NCBI RefSeq assembly: GCF_006345805.1
Contig: NC_043003.1
Location: 48,856,001 to 48,920,000 of the forward strand
From: Octopus sinensis
Lineage: Eukaryota
Length of the DNA: 64,000 nucleotides
Direction: 5' to 3'
The notes under the pieces: model-generated
Database searches by the model: none
What the model was told of the DNA's origin: nothing
Seen by the model: the letters and a program-made list of their open reading frames with translations, nothing else
Made by a program: the position numbers and the translations under genes
Shown: piece after piece, positions 37,309 through 50,029 of the stretch
Numbering within the stretch: the first letter of the stretch is position 1
How the letters are laid out: each line of letters opens with the position of its first letter

Positions 37309-39045
37309 ATGGAGTTGTTCGAGATTAACGCATCCCTTAAGGACATACCAATACCAGTAAAAGAAACCTTCCTTAAGGAAATTGTTAACAAAACAAATGC
37401 ATTCATCAACCGAATTAGATGGCTCGCTTTCTTCCGTGATAATGAGGGCTTAAAACAGAATGGTACTGAAACATCTTCCAAATATAAGAAGTTATTCAAG
37501 TTGAGGGAAACCCCTCCACCTAATCCCAGACTGAAGAAATTCGAGGACGACCTGTGGGACATTGTAAGGAGCATTAAATTCCGTAAATCGCCCCTTAGGA
37601 ATAAACACCTTAAATACCTCAACAAAGTCACCAAAGATATAAACAGTTTAGACGCTATCCTGGTCCAATCAGATAAAACCAGGAACACATATAAGCTAGC
37701 TAAAAACCAGTATTTAGAAATGCTCAAGAAAGAAATACAGAAGAATTACAGAACAACAAATAAGAATACACTCAGACAAGCCAACTTGGAAATTAAGAAA
37801 ATCATGGAAACGTATGGATTACAAATGAAAACACAACCGCTGAACCCAAGACAACCAAGATTCATCATCAAGTACCATAAACCAAACTTTCACACCAATC
37901 CAGCATTAAGGCTCATATGCCCCTCTAGTTCCGACATCGGTTCCATTAGTAAGTACATTTTAGATAAATACATACCTAGATTAATCAATAAGTTAAAACT
38001 CAATATATGGTCTAACTCCACTCAAGTCGTAGAGTGGTTTTCTTTTATTTCTAATAAAAACAGCACAAAATTCATTCAATTCGATATTTCTACTTTCTAC
38101 CCTTCGATCAACCCTAGTGTACTCAATAAGGCCCTATGGCATGCACATAATAAGGCAGGCCTCCCAAGGGAGGAAATTGATATAATTTTAGCGGCTAGAA
38201 AATCCTTCATACAGTTTGATGATAAGTTATGGGTCCATAAGGATACCCCCAATGCGTTTGATGTGCCAATGGGAAGCTCAGACAGTGCCCAGATAGCCGA
38301 TTTGGTCGGAATCTATATTCTCTATGAATTAGCCGACCAATTCCCGGACATCTGCGGCAGTCTGTATCGAGATGATTGTCTATTTTACCTACAGAATGCT
38401 CCGAACAGTATGATACAGAAGACTAAAAACAGATTAGCTAGATTTTTTAGCAGAATGGGCATGAGCATAGTTTTCAATGACGTACTAACTAAAGCCAACT
38501 TCTTAGATGTTACTCTAAATCTGCATAACAATTCTTACTTCCCTTACCATAAGCCTTCTACTAACCTTAAATATGTCAGCATTTTCAGTAACCATGCAAA
38601 AACTATCACCGATAATTTAGTTAAAAATATATCCTTAAGACTATCAAATTTATCTGCGAATGTCGACATTTTTAAACAAAAAGCGGAATTTTATAATGCC
38701 GCCTTGTCAAAAGCCAGTTATAAGGATAAGGTATCATATATTGACCCGGCCCATTCTAAACTAATATTTGCTTCTCACGATAAGAAAACTAATAACAATA
38801 GAAATAATGTAATTAATGATTTCAGCTCTAGCAACGTCGACACTAATATAATTAACAAAAATAATTTACGGACCAGGGGAGGCAATCGAAAACCAACACC
38901 AATCCTACAACACAGAAATACTCCCTTTAATGTAAATGTTAACACTCTGAGCCATTCTAAGTCAAAAAAAAACTATATCTGGTTTGTCATTCCTTTCGGG
39001 AAACAAATCAGGTCTAACCTCCCTTTACAGTTCCAGAAGCCGTAG
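37309..39045 (+). CDS. PLE reverse transcriptase (578 aa, ends at a frameshift)
   Basis: SLKDIPIP...RIRW N-terminus, FDISTFYPSI, PMGSSDSAQIADLVG, LYRDD, NFLDVTLNL, YHKP motifs. Confidence 0.9.
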   Translation: MELFEINASLKDIPIPVKETFLKEIVNKTNAFINRIRWLAFFRDNEGLKQNGTETSSKYKKLFKLRETPPPNPRLKKFEDDLWDIVRSIKFRKSPLRNKHLKYLNKVTKDINSLDAILVQSDKTRNTYKLAKNQYLEMLKKEIQKNYRTTNKNTLRQANLEIKKIMETYGLQMKTQPLNPRQPRFIIKYHKPNFHTNPALRLICPSSSDIGSISKYILDKYIPRLINKLKLNIWSNSTQVVEWFSFISNKNSTKFIQFDISTFYPSINPSVLNKALWHAHNKAGLPREEIDIILAARKSFIQFDDKLWVHKDTPNAFDVPMGSSDSAQIADLVGIYILYELADQFPDICGSLYRDDCLFYLQNAPNSMIQKTKNRLARFFSRMGMSIVFNDVLTKANFLDVTLNLHNNSYFPYHKPSTNLKYVSIFSNHAKTITDNLVKNISLRLSNLSANVDIFKQKAEFYNAALSKASYKDKVSYIDPAHSKLIFASHDKKTNNNRNNVINDFSSSNVDTNIINKNNLRTRGGNRKPTPILQHRNTPFNVNVNTLSHSKSKKNYIWFVIPFGKQIRSNLPLQFQKP

Positions 39046-39098
39046 CTAAGAACTTTCCCAGGAATTTTAGGTATTACTCTACTATCAATTCGCATAAG

Positions 39099-39950
39099 GT
39101 GAGGATTGCATTCTCCAACACTAGAAATCTATCGCAGATAATTGCCTCCCATAATAATAAGCTGATAAATAAGGACTCATCACTCAGGAGTAGCGACACT
39201 GCCCTTACCAATTCCAACCTGACATACAATAATAATAATAATAGAAATAGTATTGATATTAGCAACATTCATAGCAGCATTGGCGTTAACAATAGTAATA
39301 ATGATAATAACATTAGCCGGATTATTAACAGTGGTGGTGTTAGTGGTAATAGTAACAGCATTTCTAATAACAGTTGTATTATTGATGATAACAATCACAG
39401 CATTCCTATAGTCAGAGAAATTGCCGACGATATTACAATTAATAGTAATGATAATAAGATGAATAGTATCGTGGCCAATGCTAGCAACAATATTTACACC
39501 TATCATAACAATAAAAACTCTGTCTTAGTATCGGAAGTTAACCCCATCAGATTAAAGTTCTTATCCAAAAATTCCAAAATTAGAAACACCATTTACCAGT
39601 GCAAAATTTCTTCTGAAACCGATGTCTTCTTCTACATTGGAGCAACTTCTTCTAAATTAGCTCAAAGGATCTCCAATCATTATTCAACTTTCCGAGATAA
39701 GAGAAAACAACACAGCACGGGACTAAGTAAATTAGTTTGGCGTCTGAAGGACAGCAATACAACTTTCAAGCTGGAATGGTCCATATTGTCGGTGTCCTTT
39801 CCGTTTGATAAGGGCAGAAAAATTTGTGACATCTGTTATTCCGAACTTTTTCATATTTTGTTCACCAATGTCCCTTTAATAAATACAATCGTCGAGAGGT
39901 CCTACAGATGCATGCACTGGCAAAAACACACCTTTCACTCGTATGAATAA
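39099..39950 (+). CDS. PLE Asn-rich linker + GIY-YIG endonuclease (continuation of the RT ORF)
   Basis: IYQCKI...YIGAT...R...H...STGLSKLVWRLK...W...CDICYSE; joins the RT frame if one A is restored near 39038 (FQKAVAKNFPRNFRYYSTINSHKVRIAFSN). Confidence 0.88.
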   Translation: MRIAFSNTRNLSQIIASHNNKLINKDSSLRSSDTALTNSNLTYNNNNNRNSIDISNIHSSIGVNNSNNDNNISRIINSGGVSGNSNSISNNSCIIDDNNHSIPIVREIADDITINSNDNKMNSIVANASNNIYTYHNNKNSVLVSEVNPIRLKFLSKNSKIRNTIYQCKISSETDVFFYIGATSSKLAQRISNHYSTFRDKRKQHSTGLSKLVWRLKDSNTTFKLEWSILSVSFPFDKGRKICDICYSELFHILFTNVPLINTIVERSYRCMHWQKHTFHSYE

Positions 39951-40541
39951 TGATTAATATAGATAACCCCTTGAATTTTAATTAATATAACTTTTTTTTA
40001 TATATGTCACCGCCATAGTCATAAAAAGATTTTTATACTTTCAAAGAACTACTACTCAATCCAGTGAGGTATGTGTTGCCTTAGTCCCCCTACCTCGCTC
40101 TCCTCTTTCTCTCTCTTTCTCTCTCTATTTCCCTCTTTCTATAGTAAGCACAATCAAACACACAGACACAAACCTCTCACCTCACCACTGTCTGTTTTCT
40201 GACATCTACCCATCCACATACACAATCATGCACACACATACACAAACACACACATTAATGCAGTTATATACAGTCACACACACAGGCACTCATTCACAAA
40301 AGAAATTAACAAAATCCACCATTCATATGACCTGCACCCTTTCATCTTCCTATTCTTATGCCTCTCTCCTCCAACTTCGTTTGAACCCTTGAACCTTTAG
40401 AACTTTCTAGAATCTTCTACATCCAACCATTTTGATGTCACTCCTTATAAAGGAATATTTTAAAGAGACACTCATTAACGCTATGGGCTCCGTGTGAGCA
40501 ATCATCTAAAAGATTTTTGTGCATTTTGATGTTGACATAAG

Positions 40542-40640
40542 TTCCTTGCTTTTCCTGATGAGAAAGCGGCATAATGTACTCCTTATTCCTTCGCAATTAG
40601 GAATATGCAGCCTTCGAAACATATGTTGAAAATAAAGGAA
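40542..40640 (+). ncRNA. Type I hammerhead ribozyme fold, copy 2 (core CUGAUGA, GUU triplet)
   Basis: Stem I ttttc/gaaaa, CTGATGA 40555-61, stem II G40562-C40615, GAAA 40616-19, ACATATGT, GTT ending 40627. Confidence 0.8.
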
Positions 40641-40840
40641 TTTTGTTAATTCGTTGTTCAACTCCATTCTTTCATATATTTATATTTTTAAAATAAACAT
40701 ACAAATTTCCACACAAAAGCACGTAATCTATGCCCTAGGCACGTAACTTCAACCGTGTTTTTTCTGATGTGAATTTGCTACCCAGTTATCAGTTAATTCG
40801 AATTATCCTTAATAAGATAATTCATTCAACTACTCAAATA

Positions 40841-40903
<63 letters not shown>

Positions 40904-42825
40904 TGTATGTATTAATATATATATATATATATATCTGACAGGCTTCTTTGAGTTTCTGTTTACCAAATCCACTTGCAAGGCTTTGGTTGGCTAAGGCTAT
41001 AGTAGAAGACACTTGCCCAAGGTTCCACAAAGTGGGACTGAGCCTGGAACCATCTTACCACACAGCCATGCCTACACCTATATATACTGCTTTGATTTGG
41101 CTTTGCATTGAGAGTGATGTGTGTGCAGCACCTAATGGTGCTAGCATCTGTATGTTGTGTATTTTGTAAGTGCTGGGGCTTTGGTTTATGCATTTTCCTG
41201 CATGTTATTTTAACCTTTTAGCATTTCAACCAGCCATATCAGGCCCAAAACTGACCAGATCTGATCTCTCACACCTAGCTGACAATATAACTCTAAAAAT
41301 AAACACTCACACTGTAAGAATCTCGAAGCTCCAAGATAATGCATAATTATTTCAGAACAATGTAAATAAATTAACATTACATTTAATACAGTAATCCAAA
41401 TGCTAAGCGGTTTATCATTCCCAAAGTACCAATGTTTGTTTTCGGTCTTCACATTCTGATGATTTCCATTTCCACATCTTTATGTCTCTTGTCTTATAGC
41501 TTATACTTGCTTCAGTCTTTAGACTGTGGCCATGCTGGAGCACCACCTTGAAGAATTTTTTCAGTAAAATGAATTGACCCCAGTAGTATTTTTTTTTAAA
41601 GCCTGGTACTTATTCTATCAGTTTCCTTTGCCAAACTGCTCAGTTACGGGGACAGAACCACATCAATACCCATAGTCAAGTGGTGGTGGGCAAACACAGA
41701 CACACATATGCACACACGCACATACACACACACATGACAGGATTCTTTCAGTTTCCACCAACCAAATCCATTTGCTAGGGCTATTGTGAAAGACATATCC
41801 CAAGATGCTTACATAATGGAAATGCATGTTGGCTTTTTGTATGATGGAATCTTATATTATTCTTCATTCTAGTTAATGTTTCATATATTCACACACACAC
41901 GCACTCTGACACACTGTGTGCGTGTATATGTATATGTGCGTGTGTGTATGCCAGTGTTTAACAACTAGTGTTGGTTTGTTTATGACTTTGTAACTTAGCA
42001 GAATAAATACCAGCCTTTAAAAAAAAAAAATAAATGAACTGTAGTTGATTTGTTCAATTAAACCCTTCAAGGTGATGCTCCAGCATAACTGCAGTCAAAA
42101 GACAGGAACAAATGAAAAGCAAATGTCTAATAAGTCTTACCATTCTGCTGGTGGCACATTTAAGTTTTCTATGTCTAGGATTAAGATTTCAGTTCCCTAA
42201 ATGAAAAAATTGCCAATTTGGAAACAAATGTTTATTCTTGGGCTTTACACTAATAAAATGTTGTAACAAATGGTTCCCGTGTTTCAAAAACCTGAGAAAC
42301 ATCTTTGATATTGAATTAAAACAGCCATTACTGATGTATGCTGAATAATTGATTGATCAAAGAATCACAAAGACTAATTATAGATAATTGATTTCTAAAA
42401 TAGACACATTATCAGAAATTTGATGTGAAGGGTATTGTTGATTATATCAACCCATTACCTCATAGGTTCTTTATATAATAGATTGATTGATATAATTAGC
42501 TTTAGTGGTTAAAATATTTGGCTCATGATCAAAAGGTTACCGATTCGATACCTGCTGGTGTTTTGTGTCCTTGAGTAAGACACTTTATTTTATGTTGTTT
42601 CCAATTTACTCAGCTGGAAAAAATGAGTAGTACCTATATTTTGAAAGGGCCAGCCATGTCATATTCTATGTCACACTGAATCTCCCTGTTTAAGGGTATG
42701 CATGTCTGTGGAGTACTCAATCACTTGCATGTTAATTTCACAAGCAGTTGATTGGATTGATTAGACAAAATTGTCATCATAACTGATGGAATGCCAGTAT
42801 ACAGTATACATAATTAGTATTACAA

Positions 42826-45800
42826 TTGAGTTGTCTGGAAAGTTTGTGCCGATTTATAGTAGCTTACCTTTCGACTTATTTTAGAACATGGTTGAGTCCA
42901 TAAAATAGGATTTGACTATAAAATAGGATTTTTCGGTAATTCCTTGTGCCGATTTGAACGAATCACAAGAAGAAGTTTTTTTCTGTGACGTACGTATGAC
43001 CATGTCAACACTCCTGCTTGGCGTTGTTTATTGCCCCCCAAATTACCATCAAGACACACAGCTTTGCGATATCCTCCAAGCTGCTGCCAGGAAAACAGCC
43101 ACTTATGTTTTTATTGCAGGCGGTTTCAATCATCCTGAGATCAATTGGGAAACCTTCCATTGGCCACAGAGTGCAAACGATTTCGTTGAGCTTGTGCTGG
43201 ACTCAAACTGGTCACAAGTAGTCACCTCTCCAACAAAAGGCAACAACACCTTGGACCTGCTCTTCACCACAACTCCTGAAGCGGTTATCAATTGTACTAC
43301 GGAGGAACCTCTAGGCGACTCTGATCATGCTATGATCATCGCCAATCTGGCTCTTGCGGGCAACAACAAAAACCTGAACCACCTCCAATCTGCTTCCTTC
43401 GATTGGAAGAGAGCAGATTGGAACCTGTACCACACTGAATTACAGCACCCAAACTGGCATGAATTCTATAACTCTGGAGATGTGAATACTATACTCCAGA
43501 GTATCCTGGACTCAATATGGGCAGCATGTGCAGCATCAGTGCCACGTAAACAGAAAAAGAAGAACCGCCCCAAAAGTGCAATTTGGGAAACTTCAGCGGT
43601 CCGACTTGCCAGGAAGAAACGTCGGACTGCTGAACGGGAATACAAGTTGCATAAATCAGACACCAACAGGAAAAAGCGGAATAAATCTTCCAACCATCTC
43701 AAGCAAGTGACAAAAAAATCAGTGCTTGAATTTGAACAGTGCATAGCAGCCAATCCTGACAGCAAGGTTTTCTGGAAATATGTGCATTCGAAGCAGAGAC
43801 CTCACTCTCCAGTGGGCCCTCTTCGCAACCCTCACACAAACCAGATCACTGATGATCCCAAGGAATGCGCAGAACTCATTGCCGAGTGCTATGCAAACAT
43901 ATTCACTGTTGAAAGTCAAAATGTACCATCTTCACCATCTCTAACAGCGAATTCCATAACAACTATGGAATTTACACCTGCAATGCTGCAACGTCACCTT
44001 CAAAATAAGTGCAACTATGCCTCCCCTGGTCTTGATGGAGTTACATACCTGCTTCTCAAACGTGGCAGGTACTTCCTTTTACACCAGCTTTCTATTTTTT
44101 CCAGTACTGTCTCAACAATGGTGCTACTCCGGAGCAGTGGAAAACTGCCAGTGTCATTCCTCTGTTCAAAAAGGGTGACTGCACATCACCTGTCAACTAT
44201 CGCCCAGTCAGTCTCACTAGCTGTATTGCAAAACTGATGGAATCGTGTGTCAGAGAAACACTTTGGAACTTCTGGAGCTCTCACAGTCTCATCCGACCCT
44301 CACAATATGGATTTGTCCCTAACTCCAGCTGCAGTGATCAGCTTGTCAAGTTCCTTGAGGACATTACTCAGATCACTGACAGTGGCTTATGGGTGGATGT
44401 TGTCTACCTTGACTTTGCTAAGGCTTTCAACTCTGTGCCACACAAAAGGCTTATAGTGAAACTCTCTGCAATGGGTGTGAGGGATGATCTTTTTAACTGG
44501 TTGAAATCCTTCATTCTCAACCGAAAGGAGGTAGTCACAGTTCTAGGACAGCATTCTACACCATATGAGATGTCATCGGGTGTACCACAGGGATCTGTCC
44601 TTGGTCCCCTCTTGTTTGTGGCATACATTAATGACATAGATGCCAATTTAAAGAATGCCACAGTATTGAAATATGCAGACGACATCAAGCTGTACCTTGA
44701 AATCAAGAGGACAGATCCTGTTGTCTACAGCTCTTTCCTGCAATCAGACCTGGACACAATGCAGCAATGGATCACAGACTGGCAACTGAAACTGGCTGTG
44801 GACAAGTGTACCACCATGCATTTTGGGAGAAAAAACCCTGCGTCCACATACTCCCTCCACAACACTGATATCAAGAAATCCTCTTGCGAGCGTGACCTAG
44901 GCATCCCTGTCAGCAGTGATTTGCGTTGGACAAAGCATATCTCTAAAATTGTCAAGAAGGCCGAGGGTGTCTTGGCATCACTCAGCAAGACTTTTGTTAG
45001 CCGCTCTCCAGCCATCTATTTAAAACTGTATACAGCTATGGTACGACCACACTTGGAATTCACATCATCAGTTTGGAACCCCTATCTTGCTCAGAACATT
45101 GACCTCCTGGAATCTGTTCAGAGACGTGCAACCAAACACATACCCTCCATCAGACACCTACCATACTCTGAATGCCTTGTTTCCCTGGGCATGGATTCAC
45201 TGAAGCTCCGGCATCTGGCGATGGACTTGGTAAACACCCACAAAGTTATCAACCACCTCACCAACAACAACACTGAACACCTTTTTGATCTTCATGTGTC
45301 TAACACACGTGGACATGCCTACAAAGTCAGAAAACAACACAGCTCCCATGACTTTCGGAAACATTTTTTCATGCTCAGAGTTGCTGAAGCATGGAACAAA
45401 CTGCCTGCGTCACTTGTTGACTGCCATGACACTGCATCCTTTAAGGCCCTCATGCTTTCCGAAATCCGCCGAAACTACACCTGATTATACATACACTTTA
45501 GATGAGTTGTAGTGCACCTGAGCACTGTACACAATGTTTTTATTATTATTATTATTATTATTATACCTCCATTTAGAGCACAGTTTAAGCTATCTTTTTG
45601 TGGAAGAAGGTTTATGTTCCTATAACCTGTGTTAATTCTGTAACCCTTTAAAATGGAAGATAAGAAAGTTAATTTTTGGCACTTGATGCCTTGGGATCCA
45701 GACAAAAATTGCTGCAACTCGGCTGGGATGTGTTACCCCACCTTCCATATTCACCAGATATTGCTCCTTCGCATTTCCCACTTATTCAGGTCTCTGCAGA

Positions 45801-46037
45801 ATAGTCTTAAAGGTAAAAATTTTAATTCCTTAGATGATGTAAAAAGATACCTTGATGAATTCTTTGCTATGAAACCACCTCAATTCTGGGAAGAGGGTAT
45901 TTTCAAGTTAAAGGAAAGATGGAGACACATTGTGCAACAAAATGGGTCATATTTGGTTGATTAAAAATGTAATGTCAAGTATTTATTGACCTTTTTCTTT
46001 CCTTTAAAAATTGGCATGAACTTTCCAGACAACACAA
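42826..46037 (+). mobile_element. Internally deleted mariner element interrupted by a LINE
   Basis: TIRs TTGAGTTGTCTGGAAAGTTTGTGCCGATTT (42826) and AAATTGGCATGAACTTTCCAGACAACACAA|TA (46037); ORF 45653-45964 fuses a MEDKKV N-terminus to the HLFRSLQNSL...ERWRHIVQQNGSYLVD C-terminus. Confidence 0.85.
42930..45564 (+). mobile_element. CR1/L2-type LINE, ORF2 (APE endonuclease + RT), (ATT)n tail
   Basis: GGFNHPEINW, LDLLF, SDH (APE); PGLDG, YLDFAKAF, GVPQGSVLGP, YADD (RT). ORFs 42954-44237 and 44237-45484 join if one T is added to the T6 run at 44095-44100. Confidence 0.95.
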
Positions 46038-46439
46038 TACATTCTTTTATGGTCCAACTTCCATACTGGCATGTGATGGATAGTTTGACAAGTTCCAGCA
46101 TGTCAGAGGACTGCATCGTGCTCCAATGTTTGTTTTGGCATGATTTCTATTGTTGGCTATCCTTCTTAATGTCAAACACTTTACAAAGTGTTCTGATGCA
46201 AAGTTAACTTAAAGATAAAAATTTTAGTGAGTAGGAAAATAGGCAAAAGTTTGCTTTCATCAGAGAAATGGCCTTGCTTAATATGTATAAAAGAAGTTGG
46301 TGTAAATTCCATATGATGTACCCAATGTAAACTGGACACATAAGAGATGCAGGAATGTTAACAAACAGAGTAGAATTTGTATGGGGTAGATGCATGGAGC
46401 AACAATTACTAAGAGCACACTGGAAATAGATACCACATG

Positions 46440-46800
46440 GCTATATTATATGAGCCTTGAATGCAAAGGACAGGCAAAGACTAGAAAGAAATGAGACAAT
46501 CATGCTCTGTTGGATAAACAGCAAAGTTCAAATGTATTGAGAGAAAATTTGGGTATAAGAAGAATCAAATGTAATGTGCAAGAGAGAATACTGTGCTAGT
46601 ATGGTCATGTGATGTGTATAGAGGAGAACAGTTGTATAAAGACATGCTAAATGTAGATGAAATTTCTGGAAGAGGAAAACCCAGGAAGACATGGTGGAAG
46701 ATGATCTCAAGAGTTTAAATCCCACAGAGGAGATGGCAAGGGGCCGGGAGGATTGGTAGTGTGCTGTTCTTATGAAGACTTGCCCATCTCAGCAAAACTA
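46440..46800 (+). mobile_element. Degenerate RTE RT 3' fragment
   Basis: Decayed homologue of 23130-23500 (LERNE..ML, YGHV, GKPRKTW). Confidence 0.65.
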
Positions 46801-49784
46801 AATTCTGGAAGTACTGTGAGTGTATTATATATATATATATATATACATGCACACCTGGTCCAATTTCCACCTCTGAGACTCCCACCAACCATCATCTCTC
46901 TAATTGCAGCTGTTCTTTGATATCAGTAATCTTTCTCCCCACTTGGAACTATTTCACTTGGTTCTCAAACTATGACTACACATGAGGTAATAATTTCTCT
47001 TTAGGATAACAACATAAAAGGTACAATTAATTTCATTTAATTGATTGAAACACATGTTTCATAGATGATTGCAAAGCTGACTGTGGGAAAGATTTGAACT
47101 CAGAACACAGAGAAAGGAAGCTAAATGCTAGTATCTAGACTAGTATCTCAGATCTCCTTCCTGATGGTTGCAAAATATTTGACATCAGGTTTGTGTTTTG
47201 TTAACATAACAAATTGAAAATGTCATCGCTAATATTTATATAACTTTGAAAGCATTTGAACATCTAAGTTACAAGGGAAAATGACATGACATTAGAAACA
47301 AGCAAATTTGTTGAACCTTTCTACCTCCTCTAAAGAAATATTAGATCTTTTTGGTTGCTGTCACAGAAGTGGAGATTTAAAAATTAATAGAAAATCTATC
47401 AAATTTAGTATATTGATGTAAGTTTTCATTCTGAATTCATTAATTCCCAGAAAAATTTAGAAAAACATTACTAAGGTTTTGTTTTTGGATTTGGTTTGCA
47501 AGATTCTTTATATGAGTTTGTGTATTGAAGCATATTCTGTTGTGTCTGGGGAGAGTCATTTTCTTTTTGTGCCTTATAAGACTATTGAAAAGGTTGCAAG
47601 ATGCAACGAAAATTTTAGGAAAATAAAAATAAAAATAAGTGGAAATTTTACCAGTGAGTGTGATTCAATGGTACTGCCAGGTCATGGGGTTGAGTGGCAT
47701 TCATTTCATTCTATTCATTTTTCAATTCCATCTTTTTCATTTGTTTTTGTTTTTTTTGCCCACTTTGTCTGTCCTTGTTTGACCCCTCTATATTAGGCTT
47801 TGTGTGGCCAAATAAAGAAATTTAACATTTTGATAGTCTCATGAAATGCCTTCTAGTATTTTTTCTGACATGACTGCATCACAATGACTAGGATTCCTTT
47901 TGAAGGACAAAAAATATTTTAGTTCTAACCAGTTGCTGACCTTCTTTTCATAAAGATCTGTAATAAATGAGACTTAAGTAAGTTGCATATATTTGGCACA
48001 GTGCTGTAGTTTTGCAAACTCAAGCATGTTATCTATCCATCCAATATTGAAGATCACAATTTCTGGGAATGTCACAGAAGTAGAGCTCTTCTCCATAGAG
48101 TCCTGTCAGAAACAACTCTCTTTAAACTTTCTGATTAAATTCCTCAGTGTGAGCAATTGAGACTATGGATCCTATCCAACCGTTTTATTCATTGATCCAC
48201 CCCTAGGTCTCTTGCCAATTGTCTTGACTTCAAGTATCTGTCTTGCAATCCTTTCCAATGGCATTCTAACCACATGATCATTGTACTGGAGCTGTGATGT
48301 CTCAGTGTGAAAAAGTAGCAGCTTAACCTGGAGAGACTCCTTGATATTTGAGCTATGCACCCAGTTAAGTACATTACTCTAGAGATTCTTTGGAGGAACC
48401 TCATTTTGACTCCTTGTATTCACAAGCTATTCATTATGAAAAAGGAAAATCCATTTGACTGATTGGCAAAGATTTGATTATCAACACTATTTTATGGAAG
48501 CACTGTTTCCTTTCTCTGCATATCTATCAGTTGGTTGTTTTACAGTGGTAAGAAGATGTTAGTAACGACAAAGTTTGCATACTTTGTTGTATGTGTATAA
48601 TTCGGAATATAAACAATAAAAATTTTATGGCTTATTATTGTTTATATTTTGAGTTACATATATACAGGGGTACCAAAATCTTTTAAGAGCTCAGGTCCTT
48701 TATGGGTCTCAACCCAGCCCTGACTTTAAGCAAAGGGCATTGAACAAAATATAGTGAGAATTCTGTTTGGGTTCTGTATTTATTCATGTTTTGAAAGCAG
48801 AAAGTAGATCAGGAGAACAAAAGAAGGTGGATGTGTTTATCTAATTTGAACTGAATTTAACCTAAGATGTTTAGTAAAAGAATAGGTCTTATCTTGGTTG
48901 AACAGAATATGATGGTTGACTCTCATAAATTTCCAACTATGAATGCTGAGAACAATGGAAAGTAGCTTACCAAAAAAAATCTAGACAGACGTTTTAAACT
49001 GTTTCACCTTAAGTGAAAACCAGATAGGGGTGGAATATTAGCCCTGTAGTAATGTATCTTCATGAACTGTATCAACTGCTTCAGGAACTAAATCTGCAAA
49101 CCATACCCAATAATATTATATAAAGAATTGGATAATGTACAAGTGAGAAAAGACAGGATGGTCATGAGGGGAAAGTCTCTGATCATAAATCTGTTCTGAG
49201 AGTTGACCTGTTGCTACAAAACAATTGATACTACTGACATCATTACAAGAATATTTTCAACAAATATAGACATAATTTTCTTTTCTTCCTTTTTTTATAA
49301 CTCAAAATTGGGTAAGAAAAAAGAAGAAAAGCAAATTTAAAAATGAATTGAAATTCGAATTATCACAAAAATGTTAAAAAAAAAATTCTTTTTATTACAA
49401 GATTAACCAAACAACTTGCACTTAATCTCTTTTTTTTTTATTCAATTTTAACCAATAAAATTTGAACTGAAAACGTTAAAACAATGTTTAAGTCACTAAT
49501 TTTATTTGGATAAGTACTATATATATATATAATTAGAGAAATACTTCCCCAAAACTTGATTTTTTTATCAATACTAAGTTCGTTTATGTTTAGCTGAAGG
49601 TTAGCCTTAAACGAGCAAGCGTAAGATCAAAAGCATTATAGTCATAATCATGCCGTCTTATTTTCCAGATAGTAAAAACAAGACTAATACCCAACGAGCT
49701 GTTCTTTTTAAGATTGCCTGAGAAAGATATTTGGCTGCTATTTCTAGCAGTCAAGTGATCATGTGGGAGCGAGCGACTATTGTA

Positions 49785-49792
49785 AGAAGCCA
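49785..49792 (+). promoter_or_regulatory. ETS/GABP-type site CCGGAAGT upstream of RPS16
   Basis: Exact motif ~240 bp upstream of the pyrimidine tract; common in ribosomal protein promoters; function inferred. Confidence 0.45.
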
Positions 49793-50029
49793 CATGGCAT
49801 TAAACCGGAAGTAAAAATATAGCCTGAATCAGAATAACATTACTTAATATTTTTAATAAAATCGCATTAAAATTTCAAACTATTAACTGAATAAATAATA
49901 TTATTAAATAATTAAATCAAAAAAATGTTTTATAATACGTTTCTACAGCGATGTTTTGTGTAACGATCGACACACATACTGGATTGAGGATATCTGCTCA
50001 TATGATTAGCAAATGTTCAACCCGTAGCA

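Larger units (their letters stand above)
37150..40841 (+). mobile_element. Penelope-like retroelement (Naiad-type), near full length, 113-bp direct terminal repeats
   Basis: 37150-37262 matches 40729-40841; RT + GIY-YIG ORF between them; inserted in (TA)n. Confidence 0.9.

Noticed and set aside
37309-40500. Selenoprotein/SECIS feature reported for some Naiad PLEs
   Set aside because: No in-frame TGA inside the reconstructed ORF, so no basis for recoding.
47300-49800. Possible divergent minus-strand gene upstream of RPS16
   Set aside because: Isolated splice-like sites and short open stretches could not be joined in a consistent phase and show no recognisable protein motif.
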